From contig AP024664.1 of the NCBI GenBank assembly GCA_024346625.1, positions 3,782,001 through 3,846,000 on the forward strand: a DNA stretch of 64,000 nucleotides, read 5' to 3'. This document shows, in pieces, positions 1 to 10,672 of this stretch. This DNA is from Williopsis jadinii (Eukaryota). Each line of letters begins with the position of its first letter. Position 1 is the stretch's first letter. The translations under genes and the position numbers were made by a program. The notes below the pieces were generated by a model that had not been told where the DNA came from, ran no database searches, and saw only the letters and a program-made list of their open reading frames with translations.

Positions 1-368
1 CAAGTTTCAAGCAGTTGACGACTGAGCATATGAAGAGGTTCAACCAGCAAGTTAAAGACGACCCCAAAGTTCACTACTTCAGTTACGGTGCAGAGTTCAA
101 CCCTGCTTGGTACAACATCTTCTACGCAAGCTGGAGTATAATAAACTCCAGAGCTGGTCCTAACGATGGAATGGTGAGTGTAGAATCGTCTAAATGGGGC
201 AGCTATCTAGGTACTCTGATGAACGTTGACCATCTGGATCTCATCAACTGGACAAATGGGTTTAAACAGATTATGAGTTCATTAACACCAGGTGCAAGAG
301 GTCCTCAGATCGATAGTGTTGCCTTGTACCTGGAAATAGCAGACAACCTTGCCAAAAGAGGCCTCTAG
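1..368 (+). CDS. TGL2: Triacylglycerol lipase, TGL2-like (3' end only; truncated by window edge)
   Basis: YFSYGA, GPNDGMVSVESSKWG and DHLDLINW carry the catalytic Asp/His motifs of TGL2-type alpha/beta-hydrolase lipases; stop TAG at 366-368. Confidence 0.7.
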   Translation, partial: SFKQLTTEHMKRFNQQVKDDPKVHYFSYGAEFNPAWYNIFYASWSIINSRAGPNDGMVSVESSKWGSYLGTLMNVDHLDLINWTNGFKQIMSSLTPGARGPQIDSVALYLEIADNLAKRGL

Positions 369-453
369 AGACTTCCCAATAGCTTACATGAGAATACAAA
401 ATAGACTTACACCAGATTATAAATACGTTATATAACCCTGGTTATTATATGCT

Positions 454-3400
454 TTAGAATAACAATCCATTGACGATAGAGTCGTAGTCCCGTGAGCAGC
501 TATCACAGTACGTAGACAGTGCCTCGTTGTCAACTTGTAGCTCTTCGAATGAAACCTTACATAGGTTCAGTTCCGAAATCACAAAACTCTTGTAGTTTCC
601 TGCGACGAGCTCCATCTCCACCTTCTCCAAGATCTTCAGCTGGATGAGAAGGTCGTTTCTCTTTAGAGCGATTTGGTGCCTTGGTTCTCTCAGTTCACCG
701 AGGTGTAAAGAACCGTCATCTAAGGATGATATAAACTTCTTGAAACAGCCTGAAGAAGAGTTGAAGTTGAAAGAGGTCAATATCTCCATATCATCTAAAG
801 AAATCGCACGATCCATAGAGGTTGTGAGTATTTGTTCACTAACACTTTTGACCAGTTTAGCCGAGTTCTTGGTACTCCAGTAGGCATAAGTTGATCTCCC
901 CATCAGAAAGAAGTTGAAGACAACAGATAAAGCAAGAAGAGCTATCAGCAATTTGTTCATCGTCACACTCAGCACAAATCTCGATACAAGGTCGGATATG
1001 TGATGACCAGCGTTCAATATGCCCTTAGCCAAACAATATAACCAATATCTCACATAGTACTTGAACAACATCTGGAGAGTTAGGTCAAACACCATGTCAT
1101 CCTTTGGTCTATAGTCAACATCAGATTGGCTCAAGTTACCGTATGTTCTGATAGCTTTAATAACTTGGCCATGAGTTCCTAAACCGGCAACACAGTGTCT
1201 TAATTGATCCACGAGAGAGTTTATTTCCTTGATTTGGAAGTGCTTTGTAATCTTCGAAAAGAACTTGGTGATAAGTCTGCTTGTCTTTCCTTTGGTGAAG
1301 TTGAATTTTGTATAGAACAGAACTTTACAGCTCTTTGCATCGGTCTCGATGATGATGATTTTTCGAATTGCACTGAATCTACTCCCTCCAAGGACCTGAA
1401 CTGCATCCCTCACCTCTTGGATTCGATAGTACTTGTTATCAACAAGTTCTTCAACCGTCTGGATTGATCTATTATCAACACTAGAATCATGCCGTGAAAA
1501 TCCGCTAATCATGTTCCTTGATAGTTCAATCTTGTAGTCCAAAACCCTTGTCAGCTTTTCACCTTCTTTAAACCAGGGAGAAATGTTGAACTGATCTGTA
1601 TCGATAAGTGCAATAGAGTCCCGTGCTAGAGAGGAATGGTCACCGTAAAGGATATGGAAGACAGCCTTTGCTGGTGCCCTGAAATTGGCAACCTTTGTGA
1701 GTTCGAACTCGTTTTGGTAATTAGTCTTCATTTTGCTACCTGAGGCAGGGACTCCTGTAAAAGGTTGGAATGAGTTCAGTTCGTCATACTTTTTGGAAGG
1801 AGCATCGTCTGTATCAGAACTCTTCACAGAACTTTCCGTGTTCTTTACAGCTTCCTCAGAATGCATCGCCTCAATCAAGGGAATGATTTCTGCTTGTGTT
1901 TTTGGTTTCGTTCTTGCAACGTTATTTATCAATAGATCAAACTTCTTCTGTAGCAGCTTACCATCTTGCATGAAGAGCCGGCCCTTCATGCTTAACCCAT
2001 CAACACCATACACCTTGATAACTTCCCAGTCCTTCTCTGCCATAACATCAACAGCAACGAATTCAGTTATCGGCTTCTTAGACAGCGATATGAAACCAGT
2101 GCTGTTAAGGTAGAAGTACGCACAATTGACTGTCAAGAAGCACCTTCCGGAAAGCTCCTGAGTCTGATTGAGGCACCAGAGACAAGTGAAATGAGCCACA
2201 ACTAGTTCCTGTGGATCAATTGAGGCTTCAAAGAGAGATTTCAGCTGGATGTCGTAGTTCATCAGATGTGCCGGATAATAAGGTGGGAAGTTCTTCTTCT
2301 TGGTTAGAGAGGTCAAGTTGTTTTCAGAAAAGTTATCCTGCTTGAACCCATAGAAGCTGTCACCACTATCATTCATATAATAGATACCCCAATTCACGCT
2401 TCCCCAAATATTGGCAGTGACAGCAGTAGGTATAGAAGTGGGAGCAAGGAAAGCATGGGCCACCAATGCCACTTTCGACCTAGCAGTGACCATTGGGGGA
2501 TTCAAGTCTGGATCTCTAAACTCCCCCACTGATGATGATGAGAACTGGAACTCTGTACCTTCGCACCCATCGATAAGTTTTGAAAGGTTTGTGGAGGTGA
2601 GCAGCGTATGAGACTCACTGTTGTTGTTGTTGTTTTCAATCTTTGTACTTGTCAGTTCGATGTCAACAGAGGTCAACGAAGTCGAAGCAAATTCTTGCAA
2701 CAGTGGAGGATAACGTCCAAATGCATATTTCCCTGCCTCGCTGTCAGCAGCATCCAGGGCCTTCTGCTTCTCCACAGAGAATACGGTTAACCAAGACTTC
2801 AGATCAACAAGAGATTCAGCCTGGAAAACGATTGTAGAATCGATGGTTTTCACTTCAAAGCAGAATCTTCGATCCTCATCCGGTGCGTACCTAATATTGG
2901 CCAATAGCACACCAATCTTATCTGTTTCCTGGACAAACGTTCTTGACGGTGACAATGATAACAAGCCAAAGATTCCATTCTTCACAAATACCCAACGTCT
3001 GACCCACACCTGTCTAGAAGGCTTACCGACGCTGGTTTTCATATAGAGCCAAGCGTGCTTCTCATTACTCTCGGGAGAAGTTGCGTGAGTGTCAATGAGT
3101 TCATTCACGTTGATCAAGGCAATATTATGGTCTCTCAGCTCTCGAGACGGAGCATACTGCAAAGCTGTTGCCTTCTCGATCTGAGCTCTTGATTGCTTCA
3201 TGTCTTGCAACAGTCCTTTTGTTGATTTCGATCCAGCTTTCGCCCAAGCTTCAAGCTTGGAGTTGTACTTCTCATCATAGTTGGATTTCCCTTGTAGACT
3301 CAACTGGGTGAACTTGATCAGCATGTAATCCAAGGCTTGCTGGAACTTGGAATTCTCCACACAGATGTCAAAGGCAGCAGCCAAGTATGACTGTCTAACC

Positions 3401-3987
3401 TCATAGAGCTGGAAGGCATCTTCTCTCAACGCCGAAGGCTCTCTCGTCTTTGATTGCGACGAGAACTTGTTCAGCAAGGAGTCATACTTGGTCTGTAGAT
3501 ATTCAAAGTTTCTTCGAATGTCCTTGTAGCTCTTTATGTCCTTCTTCAGGAACTGCGACAGCAGTTCAATGACCTCGGTATCGTTGAGCTCCATATCATC
3601 CAAACCAACATTCCAGAGGGTCTCCAGTCTCCCCTTGGCGGTCTTCAGCACATTCATCGTGGTTTCTTCACCAACAACAGAGAACTTGAGCAGATCAGGA
3701 ATCAGTTGTCCCAGGACAACAGAGTTAACGTCTCTGAAATCACTATACTGTTGCGGATACCTCCTCAAGGCCCTGATCAGCCCATCGATCCACTGCTCTA
3801 TCTGGTCCAGGAGACTACACTGGTAGTTCGTACTGGCCCTGAAACTGGGCGAGTCCAAAGCAGCTTCCTTTAACCGAACCGAAATGAGCTTGATCAACTT
3901 CGCCTTCTTCACCGCTTGCGGAGGATGTGTATCATTGTGCTGTGATTTGTGAGGAAGATCCGTGCCTAACACACTGGACAATGGCAT
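454..3987 (-). CDS. SIP3: SIP3/YSP1 (LAM3/LAM1) family sterol-transfer membrane-contact protein (BAR, PH, StART-like, TM)
   Basis: LKEAALDSPSFRAS BAR start; PH domain WVRRWVFVKNG..EDRRFCFEV; TANIWGSVNWG; C-terminal TM. First ATG at 3987 (ORF track started at a GTG). Confidence 0.88.
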   Translation of the reverse strand: MPLSSVLGTDLPHKSQHNDTHPPQAVKKAKLIKLISVRLKEAALDSPSFRASTNYQCSLLDQIEQWIDGLIRALRRYPQQYSDFRDVNSVVLGQLIPDLLKFSVVGEETTMNVLKTAKGRLETLWNVGLDDMELNDTEVIELLSQFLKKDIKSYKDIRRNFEYLQTKYDSLLNKFSSQSKTREPSALREDAFQLYEVRQSYLAAAFDICVENSKFQQALDYMLIKFTQLSLQGKSNYDEKYNSKLEAWAKAGSKSTKGLLQDMKQSRAQIEKATALQYAPSRELRDHNIALINVNELIDTHATSPESNEKHAWLYMKTSVGKPSRQVWVRRWVFVKNGIFGLLSLSPSRTFVQETDKIGVLLANIRYAPDEDRRFCFEVKTIDSTIVFQAESLVDLKSWLTVFSVEKQKALDAADSEAGKYAFGRYPPLLQEFASTSLTSVDIELTSTKIENNNNNSESHTLLTSTNLSKLIDGCEGTEFQFSSSSVGEFRDPDLNPPMVTARSKVALVAHAFLAPTSIPTAVTANIWGSVNWGIYYMNDSGDSFYGFKQDNFSENNLTSLTKKKNFPPYYPAHLMNYDIQLKSLFEASIDPQELVVAHFTCLWCLNQTQELSGRCFLTVNCAYFYLNSTGFISLSKKPITEFVAVDVMAEKDWEVIKVYGVDGLSMKGRLFMQDGKLLQKKFDLLINNVARTKPKTQAEIIPLIEAMHSEEAVKNTESSVKSSDTDDAPSKKYDELNSFQPFTGVPASGSKMKTNYQNEFELTKVANFRAPAKAVFHILYGDHSSLARDSIALIDTDQFNISPWFKEGEKLTRVLDYKIELSRNMISGFSRHDSSVDNRSIQTVEELVDNKYYRIQEVRDAVQVLGGSRFSAIRKIIIIETDAKSCKVLFYTKFNFTKGKTSRLITKFFSKITKHFQIKEINSLVDQLRHCVAGLGTHGQVIKAIRTYGNLSQSDVDYRPKDDMVFDLTLQMLFKYYVRYWLYCLAKGILNAGHHISDLVSRFVLSVTMNKLLIALLALSVVFNFFLMGRSTYAYWSTKNSAKLVKSVSEQILTTSMDRAISLDDMEILTSFNFNSSSGCFKKFISSLDDGSLHLGELREPRHQIALKRNDLLIQLKILEKVEMELVAGNYKSFVISELNLCKVSFEELQVDNEALSTYCDSCSRDYDSIVNGLLF

Positions 3988-4552
3988 GGTCTTTCTTTGC
4001 ACCGTGTTTTCTTCCAGAGAACGCCGTGTTTCTTCCAGCTGTGTCTTGCTATAGAGGAGGCGGTATTAAACAGGTGTGAGACGTAAACAACAACCTTGTG
4101 AGAAACCCCGGGAACGGAAAATAAAATCCTCGGTGTGTACGATAATGTCAACTCTACAGTTTATTTAGTGGAAGCTGAGCTGGAGAGAATAATCAATGGG
4201 AAGAGCCAATTGGCGAGTAGTCACCAGCCAGTAGGTGTAGAAGGAAGGTGAACAGCAGACGGTGTGAGATGCTGCTCAGATCGTGTGGCTACAGGCGTAG
4301 GAGGGCTTGCGGGCAGTGCATCTTTACTGCGTGGACATATGGCCTGTATTAGACTGTGTCTATATCGTCAATTTGCCCGGCACAGGTGGTGCTTGGGATA
4401 CAGAGAAGGTCTGTACCTCTGTGATCACAACGTTCCGACTCTTCTACGTGGCTGTGTGGTTGAATCATAGCAGCACTGTTGAAGTGAGGCTAACATTGCT
4501 CGATAGTGATCTCCCGTATGGATCCCCTCTCCCGTTTCCTAACCATCGAAAC

Positions 4553-4625
4553 GGTCTAGTAGTGTAGTGGTTATCACGTCTGTTTCACTCACAGAATGTC
4601 TCGAGTTCAAATCTCGACTGGACCT
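4553..4625 (+). tRNA. tRNA-Val(CAC), atypical at positions 37 and 73
   Basis: Cloverleaf: acceptor GGTCTAG/CTGGACC, D arm GTGTAGTGGTTATCAC, anticodon stem TCTGT/ACAGA with loop TTCACTC (CAC 4586-4588), T arm TCGAG-TTCAAAT-CTCGA; T8 Pol III terminator 4627-4634. Confidence 0.88.
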
Positions 4626-4761
4626 CTTTTTTTTGGTTTTCCGGCGGGTCAGTGCGTGCGCATAACAAAAACAATTAATACCCAGAGCTCACAGTGAATT
4701 CATCAACATCCATCTCAATGGAATGAGAGGTTGAGCGCGTGTTGAGGAAGCGAGAACGTTC

Positions 4762-5823
4762 ATGATGAGATCAGCCCTATACGTATACACACGAAGAGCA
4801 TTCTCGTCGACTCCGTGTCGCTGGAGGCAGTTCACCAGCCTACAGAGCCTACAGGACTGTATTACCACTGATATCACCAGTGGTTCCCTTGACGAGCGCA
4901 AGTTGCTCGATGACTTCAAGGATATCTTCGCATACGCAGAGAAGTCGTCGTTCACAGAGCTCAGTGATCTGCAGAGACTATCACGGAACCTGCTGGAATC
5001 GCAAAGATCCCTTGAGCAAGCCACCGTGAAGAATATCATGCTGCTACACCCACCGTCTACTCTAATCGCACCACTGTTAGAATCGTTCAGTGCCATCTCA
5101 CCTGGCCCAATACCGAAGTCAATTGCCGATATTGCTGTTCGCCGTTGTCTATGGGAAGCCGACATCCAAAACGCTGTCAAAGTTGTCGACCTGACCACTG
5201 CCTCTCCACGTTATCTGAAGGCAATGACCCAGAAACGTAACAGTACTGTTCTGAGCGCATTCACAGGGGTAATAGGTGTGGGTGGATTGATGCACTATGG
5301 GATAAGCTTGCTGGAACTGCCATCAACAGCTGGTATATTTGCAATGGTTGCCACATACGCTCTGAACATTGGGTTCTTTGGCTACGCTGCCTTTGGTGGT
5401 AAGTTTGTCGGGTCAGTTAAAAACATACAGTGGAAGAACGGTGTACCAATGTCACACAGATATGTACACGCTGATGAGTTGACACTGCTTTCCAAGATTG
5501 CAGAGGCTGATATGAAGATTAATGGCCACGAAGGCTATGTGAGTCCAGGCTTCAAGACTGAAATGGATAAAAGAGGCATCGAGATAATCTTACCAGAAAC
5601 GGAACTCATGTTGGAAGAGTATTGGTTGACAGGTGGAGAGAACTTCGAATGGGTTGAACCAGATCAAGACCCTGCTGATATAATTTGGAGACAGAACGTG
5701 GCAACAAAGAAGCCAAACTTATTGAAAGACGACATCAAATGGACTGACAAGTTTATCCAAGGTGGTGCTGATCAGCAAACACCGACTGATCAACAAGGCA
5801 CTGCGCCATCAAAGGCATACTGA
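4762..5823 (+). CDS. Uncharacterised, probably mitochondrial membrane protein (353 aa)
   Basis: Long ATG ORF; Arg-rich acid-free presequence (TRRAFSSTPCRW); two hydrophobic segments mid-protein; Puf3-type TGTACATA in the 3' UTR (5858-5865). Confidence 0.75.
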   Translation: MMRSALYVYTRRAFSSTPCRWRQFTSLQSLQDCITTDITSGSLDERKLLDDFKDIFAYAEKSSFTELSDLQRLSRNLLESQRSLEQATVKNIMLLHPPSTLIAPLLESFSAISPGPIPKSIADIAVRRCLWEADIQNAVKVVDLTTASPRYLKAMTQKRNSTVLSAFTGVIGVGGLMHYGISLLELPSTAGIFAMVATYALNIGFFGYAAFGGKFVGSVKNIQWKNGVPMSHRYVHADELTLLSKIAEADMKINGHEGYVSPGFKTEMDKRGIEIILPETELMLEEYWLTGGENFEWVEPDQDPADIIWRQNVATKKPNLLKDDIKWTDKFIQGGADQQTPTDQQGTAPSKAY

Positions 5824-5997
5824 TGGACAATGTTCCTTTTGCTTCAGTTCTTCATTTTGTACATATTGTCTAGCAAGCATCATAAGTTATATTGTCTTAT
5901 TTATTAGTCATAAAGTATTATTTATTTACGTGTTCTGTTTTGTATGGCCCATTTTGGCTTCTTTGTTATATACATCATCGTCAGTGTCGTGTACGGA

Positions 5998-8445
5998 TTA
6001 GACTGTTTCGTTACCATCGTCAATGATCTCAGCCTTTTTAGAAGAAGGTTTCTTCTCTTCCGCAGAAGATGTGTCGGCTGACTCATTCGCCTCTGACTCG
6101 GTACGATTAGGTATGATGTCCAACTCACCGTCTTTAACATCAACGGTTACAGTCTCGTTGTTTCTGATCTGACCTTTCAGCATGTAGATAGCCATTGGAT
6201 TCAACAATCTCTTTTGAATCAGTCTGTTCAAAGGTCTGGCACCGTACAAGCTGTCATAACCATTCTCTGTTAACCAATCCTTTGCAGCGTCCGTCAAGTT
6301 CAATGTGATTCTCTTATCAACCAGTCTTTCTTGAACTTCTTCAAGTCTGATGTCCACAATACTACGAAGAACTTCTTTGGACAATCTGTTGAAAACAAGG
6401 ATATCATCAATACGGTTGATGAACTCAGGTGGATATAGCCTCTTCATAGCATCGATAACCTTAGTCTTTGTCTCGGCAGACACTTTTCCAGTGTCATTGG
6501 AAATCTCAGTATCATGTAACAGGATATCTTGGCCAATGTTAGAAGTCATTACAACGATTGTGTTCTTGAAGTCAACAGCATGTCCTTGAGAATCAGTCAA
6601 TTTACCTTCATCAAGAACTTGTAAGAGCACCTTGCATACATCTGGATGTGCCTTTTCAAACTCATCGAAAAGAACAACCGAGTATGGCTTTCTTCTAACA
6701 GCTTCCGTCAATTGACCACCACTTTCACTCATGACATAACCAGGTGGTGCACCGATTAATCTAGACACAGTGTGCTTCTCTTGGAACTCCGACATATCAA
6801 ATCTAATGACATTATTAGAGTCATCAAACAAGAATTCAGCCAGTGACTTTGTCAATTCAGTCTTACCTGTACCAGTTGGACCAAGGAACATGAAACTAGC
6901 AATTGGTCTCTTGTCACTTGTCAATCCAGCTCTTTGCAATCTCACTGCATCTGAGATCGCATGGATGGCTTCGTCTTGTCCCACAACTCTTTTCTTCAAA
7001 GAATCCTCCATGTAAAGCAAACGATCTTTATCGCCCTTTAGGACTGTATCTGTTGGGATACCAGTCATCTTCGAGATAACCTTGGAGATGTCATCGGAAG
7101 TGACGGACTCATGGAGCAAAGAATCTCTCTTTGAAGTTTCAGCTTCTTCGCCAATCTTCACTTTCTCTTGTAAATCTGGGATCTTTGCATATCTCAACTC
7201 GGATGCTTTTGCATAGTTTCCCTCTCTTTGAGCAATCTCCAAATCCACTTTAGCCTGTTCAAGGTCCTTCTTGGCGTTCTTGATGGCGTTGATCTCAGCC
7301 TTTTCCTTCTCCCAAACTTCGGTCAATCTAAAGAGCTCATCATTTTTCAACTTCAGCTCCTCATTAAGCTTGTCACGTCTCTCCACTGAAAGAGGATCAG
7401 TTTCCTTCTTTAGAGATTCAAGTTCAATCTCAATAGTCATAATAGATCTATCCAAAGCCTGGATAGAATCAGGCTTGGATTCGTGTTGCAATCTCAACAC
7501 CGCACATGCCTCATCAACAAGGTCAATCGCCTTGTCAGGAAGGAATCTATCAGTGATGTAACGGTTAGACAGAGAAGCTGCAGACACCAGTGCACCGTCC
7601 GTGATTCTAACACCATGATGGACCTCATATTTCTCTTTCAAACCTCTCAAAATACTGATAGTATCAGCAACCGAAGGTTCATTGAGCATAATTGGCTGGA
7701 ATCTTCTCGTCAGAGCAGGATCCTTTTCAATGATCTTGAACTCATCTAAAGTTGTTGCCGAGATACATCTCAGCCCTCTAGCCAATTTTGGCTTCAAGAT
7801 GTTGGAGGCATCCATTGAACCATCAGTTTTACCCAGTCCAAGAAGCATATGGACTTCATCGATGAAGATGATGATCTCACCATTAGCCTTGTCAATCTCA
7901 TCAAGCACTGACTTCAATCTCTCCTCGAATTCACCTCTGAATTTGGCACCGGCTATCAAGGCACCAAGATCCAACGCGACAAGTTGTTTGTTCTTCAAAC
8001 TCTCTGGAACCTCGCCTTTCACTATACGCTGAGCCAGACCGTCAATCAAACTCGTCTTACCGACACCAGCACGGCCAATCAGCACAGGATTGTTCTTTGT
8101 TCTTCTTGAAAGGATCTGGATTGCCCTTTGAATCTCCTGATCCCTCCCAATAACCGGATCCAGCTTACCCTGTTCAGCCAGCTTGGTCAGATTCGTACCA
8201 AACTGCTCAAGAGGCGTCTTCTCAGGCTCCTGTTGTTGACCATTCATGTTCATCTTGAAGTTACCGTTACTGGCAAATCTCACCTGGCCCACCTGTGGTG
8301 CCACCAGGCCAGAGGCGAACGGTGTCTTCACACCTCTCACGGTACTCCACGCAGCCAAAGCCCTTGGTGTAACAGTCGAACGACTCAACTGTCTCAGCTC
8401 TGTGCGTGCTACGCGCGCTATAGGATTTACCCTTCTTGTAAGCAT
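5998..8445 (-). CDS. HSP78: Mitochondrial ClpB-family disaggregase Hsp78
   Basis: Two AAA modules ([16 protein letters not shown]), [18 protein letters not shown]; mitochondrial presequence and no ClpB N-domain; ATG at 8445. Confidence 0.96.
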   Translation of the reverse strand: MLTRRVNPIARVARTELRQLSRSTVTPRALAAWSTVRGVKTPFASGLVAPQVGQVRFASNGNFKMNMNGQQQEPEKTPLEQFGTNLTKLAEQGKLDPVIGRDQEIQRAIQILSRRTKNNPVLIGRAGVGKTSLIDGLAQRIVKGEVPESLKNKQLVALDLGALIAGAKFRGEFEERLKSVLDEIDKANGEIIIFIDEVHMLLGLGKTDGSMDASNILKPKLARGLRCISATTLDEFKIIEKDPALTRRFQPIMLNEPSVADTISILRGLKEKYEVHHGVRITDGALVSAASLSNRYITDRFLPDKAIDLVDEACAVLRLQHESKPDSIQALDRSIMTIEIELESLKKETDPLSVERRDKLNEELKLKNDELFRLTEVWEKEKAEINAIKNAKKDLEQAKVDLEIAQREGNYAKASELRYAKIPDLQEKVKIGEEAETSKRDSLLHESVTSDDISKVISKMTGIPTDTVLKGDKDRLLYMEDSLKKRVVGQDEAIHAISDAVRLQRAGLTSDKRPIASFMFLGPTGTGKTELTKSLAEFLFDDSNNVIRFDMSEFQEKHTVSRLIGAPPGYVMSESGGQLTEAVRRKPYSVVLFDEFEKAHPDVCKVLLQVLDEGKLTDSQGHAVDFKNTIVVMTSNIGQDILLHDTEISNDTGKVSAETKTKVIDAMKRLYPPEFINRIDDILVFNRLSKEVLRSIVDIRLEEVQERLVDKRITLNLTDAAKDWLTENGYDSLYGARPLNRLIQKRLLNPMAIYMLKGQIRNNETVTVDVKDGELDIIPNRTESEANESADTSSAEEKKPSSKKAEIIDDGNETV

Positions 8446-8556
8446 TGTCTTTGCTCTAGTTCTAACCAAGTGTTATCAAGCAATTGAGGGAAAAACGCGT
8501 GTACAACTTCCCTTATATATTAACTACTCATCCATTGCCATTGTTGCCGGGTTTTG

Positions 8557-8583
8557 TTCTAGAAAGTTGTGGAGTATTCCGGA
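8557..8583. promoter_or_regulatory. Heat-shock element upstream of HSP78
   Basis: TTCTAGAA at 8557-8564 with further degenerate nGAAn/nTTCn units (TTCCGGA) about 110 bp upstream of the ATG; TATA-like sequence at 8512-8520. Confidence 0.6.
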
Positions 8584-8703
8584 GCATATGGCCCCTACCG
8601 AAAAGTGTGGCCCTACTGAAAAATTCACTACGTACTCCAACATGTCTTCATATGCTTCATTTTGTATGGCGTCATTAAATTAAAATCATAGTGAGAGAGT
8701 CCA

Positions 8704-10188
8704 TTAGGTGGTGTTGTTATTAGAGTGCGTTGATTCTTGCTGTTCGTCATCATCTGTGTGAGGATCTGTTGAGCTTTTGTTGGTGTTGGTGTTGTTTTGT
8801 TGGACAAAATGGCTCAGTGGTGTGGGATTCGCAGTGTCATGCGCAGTTGATGGAGTATTGCGTAGATAACGATGATCAATGTCAAACTGGGGGTGTTGTG
8901 CCTCTATGGATATTCCTGTGTCTTGAGATATGTTGGAGTCCCTGGTCGAGGTTGGGTACATCATTTCGTACAGCTGCACCTGTTCTTCGTTTGTAGAGTC
9001 CTTCTTCGCCCTGGGCACGTCTCTGAAGGTCCTGTGGAAGAGATTAACCGGCGATTTCAACGTAGTAACTAAGGAGACAACGTTGATTGTCTTGAAGATA
9101 TAGTTGCTGTTCCACGACTGGACGTCTGCTGAGTCATCGTTTATGACGTGGAAGCTGTCATTGGAGATTTTTCTTCCCAAGACAGTTTTACCCTCGTACC
9201 TTGCCTCCAGCGATTTTATCGTGTGTAGCCACTCCCAAATCGTCACAGTGACACAGAGCTTTGAGAATGTGTACACGTACTTGGCCCATGACCTCGTGGA
9301 GTTCAGTGCCAGATCTATTGTGATGAAAATAATTGGTGTTGTCAGTGTGACCAAACAAAACACTGCAAGAGCCATCGAATTACGATGGTATGCAAAGCGT
9401 CTCTTCAACCAAGAAAACCGCAGCACAAAGAGAGCAAAAGATGCCAGCGTCACGTAGTCCGTTAAGTAGTGCAGTATCTTCAAAGCTCTGAACGTTGGTG
9501 TGGGCGAAGGCTCATATGTGTTGCTATAAACAACATAGAATGACGTGCTGAATGCAGAATTCACCACTGACAGGAGTAATCCGACCAAGATGACCTGTTT
9601 CTTGTGACTGTGCTTTGTCAGTTGAACCGAAAGGTCGACCCATGACAGCCATATGAGGAAAGTCACTATGGACCGTACAGCCATTAGACCTGGGGTGAAA
9701 GTGATGGAGTACTGTATCTCTTGTGTATCCACAACGTCAAGATCCACTTGCTTCTGCAACAACGAAGTGATCTTCACGAGCATCGCAGTATATGTCCCGC
9801 AGAAGAACAAGTTACTCGCCATCAGCGAGTTTGGAATGGAGTTCGACGACAACAGCAACAGCAGAAACAACATCCATCCGGCAGTAACTATGCCACAGAG
9901 TACTAGTATTGAAGAAATTGCACCGCCGATAAATGGATCCTTGTTGCTTAGCACATCGCCGCTTATTCGCATCTGCCGCGTCAGGTTCGCCACCAGCTCT
10001 TCTGTCGTCAAAGGATACGTGCTGGTGATATTCGTGAGGTAGAAAGACGGACTCGTAATGTTGTACTCTTCCACCTCTGCCATTGACGTTAAAAACCCAC
10101 TGGTCAGCTCATAAACGTCATAGAGACCATCAAGCGCAGGTAGAGCCTTAACGAGCACGTCTGTGCTGTTCAAGTAGCGTGATCTCAT
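8704..10188 (-). CDS. DFG16: PalH/RIM21 family 7-TM ambient-pH sensor; DFG16 favoured by synteny
   Basis: KDPF motif followed by about 7 TM helices, IWEWL..I..LE...E.KTVLGRKIS PalH signature. Position between HSP78 and EXG2 resembles the recalled ancestral neighbourhood of DFG16. RIM21 not excluded. Confidence 0.65.
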   Translation of the reverse strand: MRSRYLNSTDVLVKALPALDGLYDVYELTSGFLTSMAEVEEYNITSPSFYLTNITSTYPLTTEELVANLTRQMRISGDVLSNKDPFIGGAISSILVLCGIVTAGWMLFLLLLLSSNSIPNSLMASNLFFCGTYTAMLVKITSLLQKQVDLDVVDTQEIQYSITFTPGLMAVRSIVTFLIWLSWVDLSVQLTKHSHKKQVILVGLLLSVVNSAFSTSFYVVYSNTYEPSPTPTFRALKILHYLTDYVTLASFALFVLRFSWLKRRFAYHRNSMALAVFCLVTLTTPIIFITIDLALNSTRSWAKYVYTFSKLCVTVTIWEWLHTIKSLEARYEGKTVLGRKISNDSFHVINDDSADVQSWNSNYIFKTINVVSLVTTLKSPVNLFHRTFRDVPRAKKDSTNEEQVQLYEMMYPTSTRDSNISQDTGISIEAQHPQFDIDHRYLRNTPSTAHDTANPTPLSHFVQQNNTNTNKSSTDPHTDDDEQQESTHSNNNTT

Positions 10189-10235
10189 GGTGCTCTATGA
10201 CACTGTGGCCTGTAGATGGTGTTCTCCTTGAACTC

Positions 10236-10236
<1 letters not shown>

Positions 10237-10272
<36 letters not shown>
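10237..10272. repeat. (TG)18 microsatellite
   Basis: Perfect TG dinucleotide run about 50 bp upstream of the PalH-family ATG. Confidence 0.95.
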
Positions 10273-10273
<1 letters not shown>

Positions 10274-10672
10274 ATGTGGGCTTTAACACCAACATTTGTT
10301 ATGGCTGTCAGCTTTGCTTCCGCACGCCTGCCTGGCTGGGATTTTTATTTACGAGCGCTCGGCTCCTCAGCATTACACCGTCGAGCTCTCTTCGCAAGGC
10401 GAAGCGCTACTGCCTGAGCGTACACATCAGGGGCAGCTCACTGGCGAAGTTCAGCTCACGAGCAACACAAAAGCTCAGCAGCGTGGCTTAGGTTCATTAC
10501 CAGTGCAATTGGAGTACGTATACTCATCCCAAAGCAGGTGGTGCCTAGAAGATTCATGCTACAATTGGCGTATAGAAGCGCTCTACAGTGGGCTTAGCCC
10601 GTATGAGACATAGCGATCCACGTGATGTGTAAAGAGTATGCAATTCCTATGTGTGTAGATGGGGGCAAGGGC

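Noticed and set aside
4263..4552. Possible solo LTR upstream of tRNA-Val (begins TGTGAGAT)
   Set aside because: No matching ..CTCACA end at the expected distance, no TSD, and no further similarity to the 475-bp LTR.
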